Of a stretch of DNA of 47,408 bases, positions 35,975-47,100 are shown in pieces (positions within the stretch are counted from its first letter, which is position 1; the number at the start of each line of letters is the position of its first letter). The DNA lies in contig DF237573.1 in the NCBI GenBank assembly GCA_000708835.1, positions 1 through 47,408 of the forward strand. The letters run 5' to 3'. The notes beneath the pieces were generated by a model that did not search any database, was not told the origin of the DNA, and was given only the letters and a program-made list of their open reading frames with translations. This stretch comes from Klebsormidium nitens. Its lineage: Eukaryota; Plantae; Klebsormidiophyceae. Position numbers and translations under genes: made by a program.

Positions 35975-38900
35975 TCAAGTTGCCTCTCCTCCTTCGAGTT
36001 TCTGCTTTTTCCACCGGTACGCAGCTTCCAGAATCTTAAGATTTGGCCGGCCGCCTGCCTCATCGGGGAAGATGTAGTCGTAATACTCCTCCATGCCTTG
36101 CGGCGTGTTATCTGCCGCTAGGATCGGCCGTTTCCGCTTCACCTTCTTGGGCATTTTCGCCTCTACCTCCTGCGCCTTTTCAGCGTCCCCGCTACCTTGC
36201 TCAAAGTCCCTCCAGGCCTCCAGCAACAACACTCTTTCTTCCTTGAGATCCGGAGACGCGGCCTTGAGGGACTCGTGGGCGCGCTCGTAAACGGCGCGCG
36301 TGCGTGCGTCCCTTTCTCGTTGTTGGTCTTCTAGTAGACCATCGTCGGGGTCCCGCTCTTGCTCTGCGGCCTCAATCTCTTCTTCGAGGGCAACGCTGCT
36401 CTCGAATTGGGCGTAGCTCATCCACACCTACAGAGTGAGAGGGCGGCAGAGTCAGTAAAGGAGGGCTCAGCGGACCCATGGCAGCTCCTTGGTAGCACTT
36501 CTATGATGAATGGGCGCGATAGGGCAAGAACAAAACGTTCACGTTCGTTGCACCTAAATTGGACTCCTTTTTGCACCTGAAAGACGGAGGACTACAGATG
36601 TGCAAGCTGAGGCCCACGTACGTTAAAACACCACATGTTTTCAACGATGACACAGATTCCCGACTACTGCAAACACGCAGCAAATGAACAGCGCCACATG
36701 ACCAGACAAATTCTGAAACAGAATTCATTACTTGCACGGCGACATTTCAGTCCCCACCTTGACGTGCTTGGTCCGGTTTAGCAGCCGCTCGTACAGCTCG
36801 CGCGCGCGCCCGTACTCGCCCTCCCCGATCTCGAAGTCGATGTACGCCTTCCAGAGCAGCTCCGGCGTGTCCAGCACTGGCTGAGCAATCGCCAGCTCGA
36901 AGATGCCGCGCGCGCGGTCAAACTCGTTGAGCGTCCGCTCTAGTTCCGCAAACTTGGTCCAGGCGTAGCAGCTGCTAGGCGCCCACTCTAGATACACTTC
37001 GTACAGCTGCCGGCACCGGTCCACTTTGGCCAGCGTCAGCTCGATGCTGATGTACGTCCGGAAGATCTGCACAGCGAACAGGAAGGGCGTCCGAAACGGT
37101 CCTAGAAGCAGCGGAACAAAAGGGAAACACGAGGGCAACATAACCTTGGGTTATTTTTGGGGTGTTTCCACGAGATACCTTTTCAAAAGTCACACTACGA
37201 AGAAGTTACATTGATATACGCAGAGCATACGAGTAGGAACCTAAACCAACTGCTTCGGAGCTGACGCCTTGCTGGTCCAGAACCTACAAGGGCAGGCGAA
37301 TGTCTGCCCTTTCATTGACTGAGTGGGAAGGACCTTCGAGCGATCAATAACCATCGTAGCAGTCTGTGACCTGCTGAGAGGCACAGCCGATATGACCAAG
37401 AACCAGTATCCCCACTCGGCCAATAAGCACCAGTGCAAGTTTCAAGCCCGCCTGCCAATCTACGAAGGCAATGGTACGCACCTTGTCTTTGGGCGCCATC
37501 CCGATGGCGGTCCCCAAGATTTTCCGCGCTGCCGCGAGGTCCTTTTGTCGGATCTCGAACTGCGCGGCCATAATCCAAATCTTGCTGAAGCTGAACTTCT
37601 TGTGCGGGATCACCCGCAAACACTCGCGATACACGTCGCGCGTCCGCTCCGGGTCGTCCGCCTCTAGTTCCTCGTACAGCGCGTAGTTGATCCTGCATAC
37701 AGGTAGAAAGAACAATTGAGTGTATGCTCTACTGTGCATAGCCTTCTTTAAAGCCTTCTTTCCTTGTCCTTCCCTCTGATCGTCGTGACCTCTTCTTCCT
37801 ATCAAATGCCGCAGACTCGAGGAGACGCACAATATCGATAGTAGCACTTGGTCGAGGACGTGTTGACTCTGTACAGCCGTCAGTACGAAAAATGATACTA
37901 TTGACAAATCGCCAGAACGCCCCATGTGTTTGTTCCCTCTTCTGCCAATCTCCAGATTGTTCCAACACGGCTGATAGTAGCGTTCCGTCCAATCTCAAAC
38001 CCTCATCATGGAGCGAAAGTGAATAGGGTGTACTGCCTTACCACAGATAGATGTATCGCTGCCAGTAGCGCTTCTCCTCTGCGGGCGGGATGTTTGCGAT
38101 GGCCCGCTCGTACACCTCCCGCACCTTCTCCGTGTCGCCGTTGCTCTCCTCTAACCGCACGTAGTCGAACCACGCGTCGTAGTTCAGCGGGTTCTTCTTC
38201 ACGTCCTCCTCGTACTGGAACCTGAGGGCAGAGTTAACGCCGTTCAGGAACTATTTGAACACACTTCAATACGTTGCTTGCCCCGTCCTCGTTCGATTTC
38301 TTCGACGAATTGCAAGAGGACGAATGATGATAGTCTGCAAGCATTTTCGTTGCAGTTGTCAGCTAAACACCGGATCCGTCACCAGTAAGGCCTTGTCCTG
38401 AGCGAAGCAGCGTCAAATGGGAAGATCGCCGATTCTGCAATAGCCAAGTCTTGTGACGTTCCACCCTCGTCAAATCACTGCTGCTCAACTAAACCCTCTC
38501 CCGATGTTCAACATCAATTTCGTCCTCTTCACTGCCGCTCGCACTCACCGCCGCTTGGAGACGATGACGTCCTCGATGGCGTCCCGGTTGCCGTACTGCT
38601 TCTCGAAGGCGGTGAACTGCTTGTACAGGTCGTCGGCCTGGCCCTTGGGGATGTGGTCCAGCGCGTACTTGTAGATGGCGCGCGCGCGCTCAAACTCCTT
38701 GCAGTGCTCCTCGAACTTGGCGAACGCCACAAACAGCTCCTCCGTCTGCACCACGTCATCACACCCGTCAAAAGCCTGCGTACTGGTGAACAGTGCAGTT
38801 CGTGCTGTTGGAATTGGTCCGCGAGAGAGAGGAAGAGAGACGACGGAAGTTGCTTACACATGTCCTGGCAACGACAGGGCCGAGAGCTCTCACGTCAGTG

Positions 38901-41900
38901 GAAGATGCAAAGCAGAGGACTCTGCTAATCGTCCAAAGCGTTTTTTTGTAATTGATCCCAAATAGTCGGACTGGTAAACACTAAGTTAAAAAGCAGGGCG
39001 AATCGCTAAAAGCGGAAGGCAACGAGTAGGCTTCAGAGGCAGAAGAGGCGGCTCAACAAATTAATGCTTTCAAGAATGAATGAGCAAGACTTCAAAAACG
39101 GCAAGTAATTGAGATACGTACGAAAGGGAGCCGTCATTCGGCATTTTAACCAAGCCCTGAGGATTTTAGAGGAAGGCTCGACCAGGGATCGATCAATCGT
39201 CATATGCTTCAAGTCATGGTTACACGAAAAAGGGCGAATAAGGATGATGGGGATAGGTATCGTCTTTCGAAAACAACCGAGCATCCCACAACTCCTACCT
39301 GGCCATCCTCTCCCAGCTGCTCGATCGACCGTTCATACACTGCGCGCGCTCTCGCCACCTCCCCGTTCTTGACTTCGAACTTGGCATACTTTATCCAAGC
39401 CCGCACAGTCGGATGGCACTGCGTGTACCTGTGGGAACAAGGGCCTTCAGCGAAATGGGGCCCTCTGAGTTGCCGACACCTCAAACTAGAATTCTAGGCC
39501 CCGTGCTGTGTCAATTTGCCCGCGGCTGGTGTATGGTGATGATTGAAGCAAGTCCGGAAAACAGGCGCCAGCAATTTAAGTGTAAGCGGACCCTGCGCCA
39601 GTTTCGCAATGAGCATTACAACACCTTGCCAAGTCTGCGAATCCTCTAATCAACGGCCTTCCTTCTGGGCGCTTGAGTGTGCGCTTGCGTCCTTCAAAAC
39701 TTCATGACTGAATTTCGCGCACAAACACGATTCTGGAAGCCCAAAATCAAGTGCTTCATCGCGCTCGAAAAGCAGTGAGTGCGGCTGCGATTGCACGACA
39801 GAGGGCCTTACCGCTCGAAGATCTGGCGCGCCCGCTCGACCTCGTTGTAGCGCAGCTCCATCTTGATGTACGCCGTCCAGCCGTTGTGGTCCGGCTCCCA
39901 CTTCATCCAACGCTCAAAGATCTGTGCGAAACGGCATCCGGCGTGTGAGTTCCTGACTGCTAGGATAAACCACAAATGCTCCACGAAGCCGTCATAACGG
40001 TCGCTGTTATCGCAAAGGGGCTAGATACCCAACCAAACACCGCTGGCGTGAAACTGCAGTGACTCTGGCCGAAGATAATCATCCTCAAAGCCCGCTAGGA
40101 CAAAATCCGCACCCTTTCGAACAACATCCGCCAACTCTTGCAGCCCTCCGCATTGCAGTTGCCAACACGCAAGTATGCAACCTATCCAATAAAGGGCACT
40201 TCGCACACGAGAAAGCCTTCCTCAGCAGTAGCTGTCTAACATTGGTGGTCACCTCAGTTCAAATATTGTGAAACTTCGAACGCTCCTTCTCAAGTGTCGA
40301 CCTTCCGTATCCAATCTTGGACGGACAGATCAGCCAAATACTTTGATTGTACGGTCCGAGATGGTGTACTCGGCACGAAATCCGGCTTAGAAAGGCTTCA
40401 GCTTTAACGCAAGAGCTGTGACGTCATCACAACCGACTCGAGGTCACCCACCTGGCGCGCGCCGGCGACGTTGCCGAGCATTTCCTCCATGTGGATGTAC
40501 TTGTACCAGAGCTGGTCCACGCGCGGCAGCAGGGACACCGCGCGGTCCCACACGTTGCGCGCGTGGTTCACGAACTTGTTCTTCATCTCCATCTCCGCGT
40601 ACTTGAGCCACAGCGTCAGGCTGCGGTAGTCCACCTCCAGCGCGCGCTCCCACACGGACCTGGATGATCGAATTCGGTGTTTCGACGGGGTGTCTTTGTG
40701 TTGATCGTTCACAAACTTTTCGAGCGAGTCTAACTCCTGAAACAAAAGGCAGTGCAGCACTCTTCCTGACAAAAAATCAAAACGGAGAGTGATTGTAAAG
40801 TCAATTGGAACAAGTTATGGTGCTACCTGGGCTAATGGTGTCGGTACGAAGAGGTGATTGAGAAGTCAAAACGTAACTGAGTAAGTTATGTGCTGCCAGG
40901 CTTATCGTGTAATCAAGGTGTAAGTATCCATCCGCTTTCACCGCCGTTGATACACAAACCTCGTGTTCATACATGCCAGCCAAATCACGAACTTTAACGG
41001 GCCAATGGGGGCATTTGATGAGGTGGCCAACAATGGCTTGTGACAGGTACAATCAAAGTTGGATATACCCTCGCTGTAGCTTTTCCAGTAGCACAAACAA
41101 ATATTTGTGAGCGTGAGTGGGCATGCAAGCACTGGCCCACTCCACTGTTAAAAGCATGCGGTACCCAACCGAGCAACTCCGACACCAAACGTCTTTGGCC
41201 GCCAACTGGTAAGCGCACCCCCCCGGATCAACGCCCGCTCTCACCTGGCCCTGGGAAAGTCCTTTTGGCTCTCCTCCCATTGCGCGTACTGCACCCATTT
41301 GCTCTGGTTCCATCGCACGCGCCGTACCGTGTCCTCAAACTCCTTGCGCTTCCGCAGCCGGTATTGCGCGAGCTCGTCCGCATCGGTAATCTGCTGCTTC
41401 GGCGGCCTGGGAGGAGGGCAGAGGAACGATCTTTTAGAAAGATTTCTTTCACTGCGTTGCTCTACTTTGGTACGTCCAACAGAAACCAACGGCAGCATTG
41501 CGCACCCGGATAATCGCAGAACCGCAGAATCAACGCCGTGGTGAGTTCACAGAACTCTTCCGCTCATGTGTAGCCTGGCACGGTTGCGACTCTGGTCAGA
41601 GCGCAATTAGAAGCATTATGAGCACCACCAGTCATCGGGCTGCAAAATCTAGACTTCGGAGTATCACAGGCAGCCTAGACCCATGGACGAATTGATTGAG
41701 CGGAAGATGGATGTTCAAGTTACGGTGCAGGGATAGTCGGGTCACAAGCGTGCAGGGATACTCGGGTCACAAGCAAGGCGGAGAGCAGTGAAGAAAGTGG
41801 CCAGCTCAATTTCTGCAACAAGGTTGCAATATGACGGTTTGTCGACCAGTTCACGATTAAAAGAGACACTCAATGATACTAAGGAAGATACTTACACCCC

Positions 41901-42348
41901 TTCAGACCCCTGAAGATGAGCTCAACAAATGAGGGGTTTTAACCTGTTTTGGGCAGCACTGTTTGACGCAACATTGAGACCTCGCAAACCTCAGGAAGAG
42001 TCAATACAATATCTGAAGTGACAAAACTTGGTAATGGTGCAGCTATGCAGAGCATCCTGACCGCTTGAAAAGGACACCACCCAATGCAAAAAGCGCCACC
42101 CACTACTCGACAAACTCCCTCTTTCTCCAAAAATAAAACCCTAATTCCTGCTTACAAAGCACAAGCTAGTGTATTCCTCACCTGATCTCCTGCTCCTGGT
42201 GCTCCCTCGCCTCCCTCAGCAGCTGCTCCGCTGTGATCTGCACCGGCGCTGGCGTCTTATTCTTAACCTGAGTGGGCCGCGGCAGGCGCACCTCGGTGTC
42301 TCGCTTGGGCAGGTAGGCCAGGCTCGGGTCGCCCTCGCGACTCCCCAT
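35975..42348 (-). CDS. CRNKL1: Crooked neck / Clf1 / Syf3 HAT-repeat pre-mRNA splicing factor (NTC component), ~708 aa, 10 exons
   Basis: Exons 42348-42182, 41406-41245, 40659-40452, 39921-39812, 39428-39299, 38745-38549, 38221-38042, 37692-37482, 37066-36758, 36427-35975 (2127 nt). Diagnostic sequences: [76 protein letters not shown]. Confidence 0.97.
41725..41774. repeat. 25-bp tandem duplication in CRN intron 1
   Basis: gtgcagggata(g/c)tcgggtcacaagc x2, one mismatch. Confidence 0.85.
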
Positions 42349-42940
42349 GGCTGCGAATTGTGTCCTAACTCAAAAACCTTCTACAGTTTGTATGCAGGGG
42401 TTGCGGCCTGCACAGGCTGCAGGGCGTCAAGGCGCCCTGTTCAAATTCACTTCCAAGTTGTTCTCTCGAGTCTGCACAATGGAAGGCTGTCCATCAAGCT
42501 CAAGAAAAGGCATCTTTAGGGGGCTCTTTCAGAGTCTTCAGGACCCATCCCGGCGATCTGATTGGTCATCTAACTCCGTCACCGTGTTTTCAGACTCTGC
42601 GAGTTCACCGCAGCCTGGATGGTGTTAATTATGGGCCAAATTTAACATCTGAAATGGTCGCCGCTTAACTGCTGCTTAAAAGTTTCAGACCTGGAGAGTA
42701 CGCTAACTTAACCGTCATCTACGATTTTCACTTGTGCCCTTAAAGGGCGACAAGAGGCATCCTGCATGCGGCCTATATTAAATGCACCATATCTACAGGC
42801 TGGTGTCAAGCTGTCAGCCTTGTGATGCTTTCTCATTTGCTGGAGGTTGCATTCGGAGATTGCTGCAAGGCGCTAGGAAAGGTGAGGTGAATTGACCTGA
42901 CAAGTGATGTTACTCCTTGTATACACATGCTGTGGGTGTT

Positions 42941-42986
42941 GCAATGACCTGTAATCGTCCGCAATGACCTGTATTCGTCTGCAATG
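42941..42986. repeat. 20-bp tandem duplication
   Basis: gcaatgacctgta(a/t)tcgtc(c/t) x2 followed by gcaatg. Confidence 0.8.
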
Positions 42987-43019
42987 TTCTCTTGGGGGCA
43001 AGGTACTCTGGTTCTGAGA

Positions 43020-43663
43020 CTACTGAGGGAGCGGCCTGAAGGCAGTATATGTGCATTCTCTAAGGAAGAGCTTCTCCAGCTTAGGACACTTGCATGATAA
43101 AGTCTTGACGGCGAAGCTGAAAGCCAATGTGCATGAAGGAGCTCTCTGCCTGATTCCCTCTCCGTCCACCTGGTTTATGTGAGTCTTATTATTATGAACA
43201 AAGAAATGATTGTCCTGATGGCTGGACAATTGGAGAAACGGCAATGTGATGAAGTAAATTACAATAGGAGTAAGAGCTCCCGAAGCTGACGTCCCTTCCG
43301 GAAGACACTCTTGTTATCTTGAGGACACCCTCCTTTACTGTTGTTGGTTCTGACCGTTCTGCAGTGATTGTACTTGAGGCAGAATCGGGAAACGCAACAT
43401 TTCAACCAGCTGGCAGACTTGTGGAAGTTGTTACAAGAACTAATTAGTACCTTCTTTAAGGTCATTGACTTCACTGTTGTATTTGCAACTCCTCTGAACA
43501 TGACTTTCTGTGCTTTTCCAGGAACTGTTGAAGGTGTCAAGAGGAGTGCTGCCTTCACTGACACGTCGCTGGAGCGACTACTATGCAACTTGGGCCGACC
43601 AGGAGCGATAAGAGAACGTAAGCTCTTACAGTCTCCGATAATCAGTTGCTTCTGAAGTGGCAC
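43020..43663 (-). pseudogene. Possible degenerate RNI-like/F-box-LRR gene fragment
   Basis: Cys-containing LRR-like segments in adjacent ORFs: KQLIIGDCKSLRSL, LKKVLISSCNNF, RQLRELLLL, KCPKLEKLFLREC. No coherent gene model was found. Confidence 0.35.
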
Positions 43664-45745
43664 ACACGTCCAGCTTTATATGTACAGCGGTGGTTCTACG
43701 CAGTGGTTCTACGCAGGTGAACCCCACAGCGCACATGTATGCACTAGACACAAACAGACACCAAGTATCCTTGATGGAATCTGTATCTAGAATCCTCACT
43801 AGACCTTAGTAAGCTCAGACTCGCACACTGGAAGCTGTAGCCACATGTGACAGGTTGTGAATGTAGATTTGTCATGCTGGCAGTCTGAATCTTGCGTCTA
43901 TAAATGCTAATACCCAAGTTTCAAATCTTGATGCAAGTCCGAACGCTAGAGCTTGATTCCAAGATGGAGGACTTGCCCACCAACTACTACACCATCAAGA
44001 CTGGCTTCAATCGCTTCTGCACTGATGGCACATTGCGAGCAGCAATCCCGGAGATTGTGCAGAATGCCACGCGTGCATCCTTCGAAGCTTCAAGCGTTGC
44101 CAACCTGTACGTTCTGCAGTGTTTTGAAAACAACCCGTTGAATCTAGCTTTCGGCCCTCTGGATCAAACGTTTTTCTATCAAGTGATTTCGTCAATCACC
44201 GTAGGTGGGCATGGTCCTGCGAATCAGCTTCCTAATTTCACCCCCTGGCAGTTGCAGCATTTCCGCACCTGACAATCCTACGAGCAGTGCGCGATGAATA
44301 TTTGCAGCTTAGACATCCCATCAACGCCCCGCAGCCGGCTTTTGCATCACGAGCAGGTCATCCGCAGATCTTCAATCGGATAGCCAGACAGTACGTCACC
44401 AACTGCGCCAATAATGTCGCGCAGAATCTAGAAAGAAGAATCAAGGGATATCTGGGCTACAAAGCTGCTAAGTACAGTCTGACACCGCCAAACACTCCTG
44501 CACAGCACCAAGGCGCCTGGCGTAAAATTAGAGAGCGGAAGCTGCTTCGGACAATGGTCGATTTCTTCTACGACCATTTTGTCGTCTTCGACTCGTGGAC
44601 GCTCCCGTCACTTCAGGAGTTTCTTGCTTCCAACCGTGCTGGAATCCAACATTTTGAGGTGCTCTCGATTGCTAGCATGGGGCCTCTTGGTGTTTTCTGG
44701 ACGCAATGGTCGCTTCTTTTTGACAAGTTGATAGCCCGCTTCGGTTTTCCGCGCATGGGGGGCGCCTTTCGAGATCCATTTGCCAACTGGACCGAATGTC
44801 TGACATTGTTACGGCAGTGTCTGCGATCGTTTGAACGACACGGAGGGGAAGCGCACTTCGAAGGACTTCCAGGGTTCCCAAGCTTTTCTCTCCTTCCGTT
44901 GCATTCAGCACGGAAAAAGTACGTGACACTGGATTCTTCTTCGTTGTCGGAGGTTTGCGCATCGACTGGGATATAGCCCGGTCCTGCAAACAATCCATTT
45001 TCAACGCTGTTTGATCTGGACCTAGTGAGGCTCGGGGGACCCGTGAATGGCATTGCAAAGGTCATCCGTCAGATCAAAACGGACGGTGTTGGCGTCAGCG
45101 TGGTTGTGGAGAGGGTGGGGTTGGGGAGAAAGCGGAAGCAGGGACCCGTGCTCTTTGCTGCGCAGAACAACAATCTGCCTGCTGTACCGGATTGAATGGC
45201 GTCTCCCGGATGCCGGATCGTCGGTATCGATCTGGAAAGCGCTTCCTGTTTTACGCGGCTGTTCAAGACGGGGGACAGCATGGTGCGGAGACGCAGCAGT
45301 CGATCAGATGTTCATCGAGAGAGTACCGCGAAATGTCGGGTTTTGCAAGTGCGAATCGACGAACCGTCATCGGGGTGGATGGAGAACGATTTAGAGGTGC
45401 GGGATTGGGCACGTGAAGCCCCTCGTAAAGGCCACGGAACGGTGGATGGTTTCAGCGAACGTCTGGATGCGGAGTTGGCAAAAATGGACCATCTTCTTGC
45501 GTTTTTTGGTCAGAGACGATGGGCGAAATCCCGGTGGGCGGGTTGGATGGGTAAGCAGAGGGCGATGAACACGCTAGCAAGTTGCATTCACGGAGATGCA
45601 GCCCAGCTCGTCGTAGGCTTTGGCGATGGCCGTTTCAACCCACACATTCGTGGTCATCCGCCCGCTGCGGTGAAGGGTCTGAGGCGGGCGTTGACAAGAA
45701 GAGGTCGCATGATTGATGTCAATGAATACATGACTCACCAGTCAG

Positions 45746-46244
45746 GTAAGTGGATTCATTTTTGAAGTTTAATCCAGAAACAACCATGTAAACGTTAAAG
45801 AAGTAGGTGACAGTGTCGGACTATCAAAATATCCGAGTGATACGTTGAAGGTGGCTTCAACCAATGATCTACCGCTCAAATTGAATGTCAAATCGTGTTC
45901 ATTTGGACACTTTCAATATGGTTAATAGACGGGCCACCCAGAAGCCACCCAGAAGCCATCAAGAAAAAAGACTCATCTTTGCCGCTGCCAGATTCAGCCA
46001 TGCCAATTGCCATGCACATTATTTGCAAAATCAGCACGAAACATAATTCTTTGTTCACTAATAACTGCAGCAGATAAACTGAATGAACTTTGAATGGTGA
46101 TGCAGCCGCCGCCATTGGTTGTACAAGTCACTGATGCCAGGTCAAAGAATAGATTTTGATAGATGTTGGCACCGTACTCGGGCTAGTCTCATTCTTTCGA
46201 TCACTGTAAGCGAATGGGATTGAGAAAATATTTGCTTGTAACAG
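45746..46244 (+). other. 499-nt spliceosomal intron within the Fanzor gene
   Basis: Donor CAG|GTAAGT and acceptor tttgcttgtaacag|GTATGC. Splicing joins TSQ to VCSEC, the expected continuation after RuvC-II. Confidence 0.8.
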
Positions 46245-46333
46245 GTATGCTCAGAGTGTTCGACCACAAATCTGCGAGCGACCCATCACTACGTGCGAGA
46301 CGGCGACGGAGCTCGGAGCGCCAGTTACTGGGT

Positions 46334-46712
46334 TAGGCCCCGGAACATGGAATATCGGAATACGGAATACCCATTTTTGGGAGCGGAAGAATCCGGAATA
46401 CCCAAATTTGGGCCTTGGAATACTAGAATACAGAATACAGGGCTCTTCCGAGCATACTACACAAACGACAAACGACGGAAAAATTCTTGACTTCGAAGTA
46501 AAAAGACTTCCAAAGCATGCTTCGAACGGAAGAAGATTGTAAAAGAACTCACACGACAAGCGCACTCCTTTCGTACCTTTCAAAATTGTCAAAAGTCACA
46601 TTTGCGAAACGGAATACAAAATACTTGAGCACCCTGGAATACGAAACACTGCCTTTTTGAAAGCTTGGAATACAGAATACTGGGGGTCAAGTATTCCATG
46701 TTCCGGGGCCGA
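46334..46712. mobile_element. 379-bp hAT-like MITE with a 6-bp TSD, inserted in the Fanzor zinc finger
   Basis: Left TIR TAGGCCCCGGAACATGGAATA vs reverse complement of right end TCGGCCCCGGAACATGGAATA (20/21). CTGGGT is duplicated at 46328-33 and 46713-18. About ten subterminal GAATAC repeats. Precise removal restores the frame SYWVRAC. Confidence 0.92.
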
Positions 46713-46863
46713 CTGGGTGCGGGCGTGTGCCAACCGGCTTTGTCGCATCCGGCACTGGCACCGGGATAGGAATGCTTCGCGTAATATGCTGCCGCATATT
46801 TGGCTTTACCAATATGCACACAACGGAGCCAGACCCGTTGCCATTCCAATAGCACTGAGCTAG

Positions 46864-47100
46864 AATCTTTTGAGCTGCGGCCCGGCGTCTAGGCGGCAAA
46901 CCAGCACACGGAGTCTTTGGTCGCGCGGACGGGTACCGTCCTCCGTGGACACTCGGCGTGGACAGGTACCGCCAGGGTTCCCGCGCGGTACCGACCTGTA
47001 GCGGACGCCGCGTGGACGGTGCCGGTAAATTCACTGAACAGTGACAAGACTGCCGGTTTCCAGCGTTTCCAGTCAATATCGGCCCAAAACCGGCAATCCG
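46864..47100 (+). ncRNA. Candidate Fanzor omega-RNA (fRNA) scaffold
   Basis: Four successive stem-loops directly 3' of the Fanzor stop: 46927-41, nested 46954-47010, 47031-44 and 47051-95. The position matches where TnpB/Fanzor guide RNAs are encoded. Boundaries are unknown. Confidence 0.35.

Larger units (their letters stand above)
43964..46863 (+). pseudogene. Fanzor1 (eukaryotic TnpB-like RNA-guided endonuclease), decayed; reconstructs to ~670 aa
   Basis: Motifs in order: N-terminal YTIKTGFNRFC...EASSVANLYVL; FSLLP; IKTDGVGVSV; RuvC-I IVGID(P)GKR (Asp 45229-31); VVGFGDGRF..HIRGHPP; RuvC-II VNEY(L)TSQ (Glu 45724-26); zinc finger VCSEC (46245-59) and CANRLC (46726-43); RuvC-III HRDRNASRNM (Asp 46765-67). 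Interrupted by intron 45746-46244, MITE 46334-46712, indels at ~44240 (-1), ~45232 (-1), ~45372 (+1) and ~45730 (+4), and stops at 44974 and 45193. Confidence 0.9.

Noticed and set aside
42347-42628. Plus-strand ORF whose ATG overlaps the CRN start codon in a CCATGG palindrome
   Set aside because: No recognisable motif or splice support. Overlapping ATGs arise automatically from CATG.
46340-46700. Regularly recurring GGAATAC/AGAATAC motifs next to a Cas12-related nuclease, suggesting a CRISPR-like array
   Set aside because: The repeats are only 6-7 nt, irregularly spaced, and enclosed by TIRs and a TSD. They are MITE subterminal repeats.
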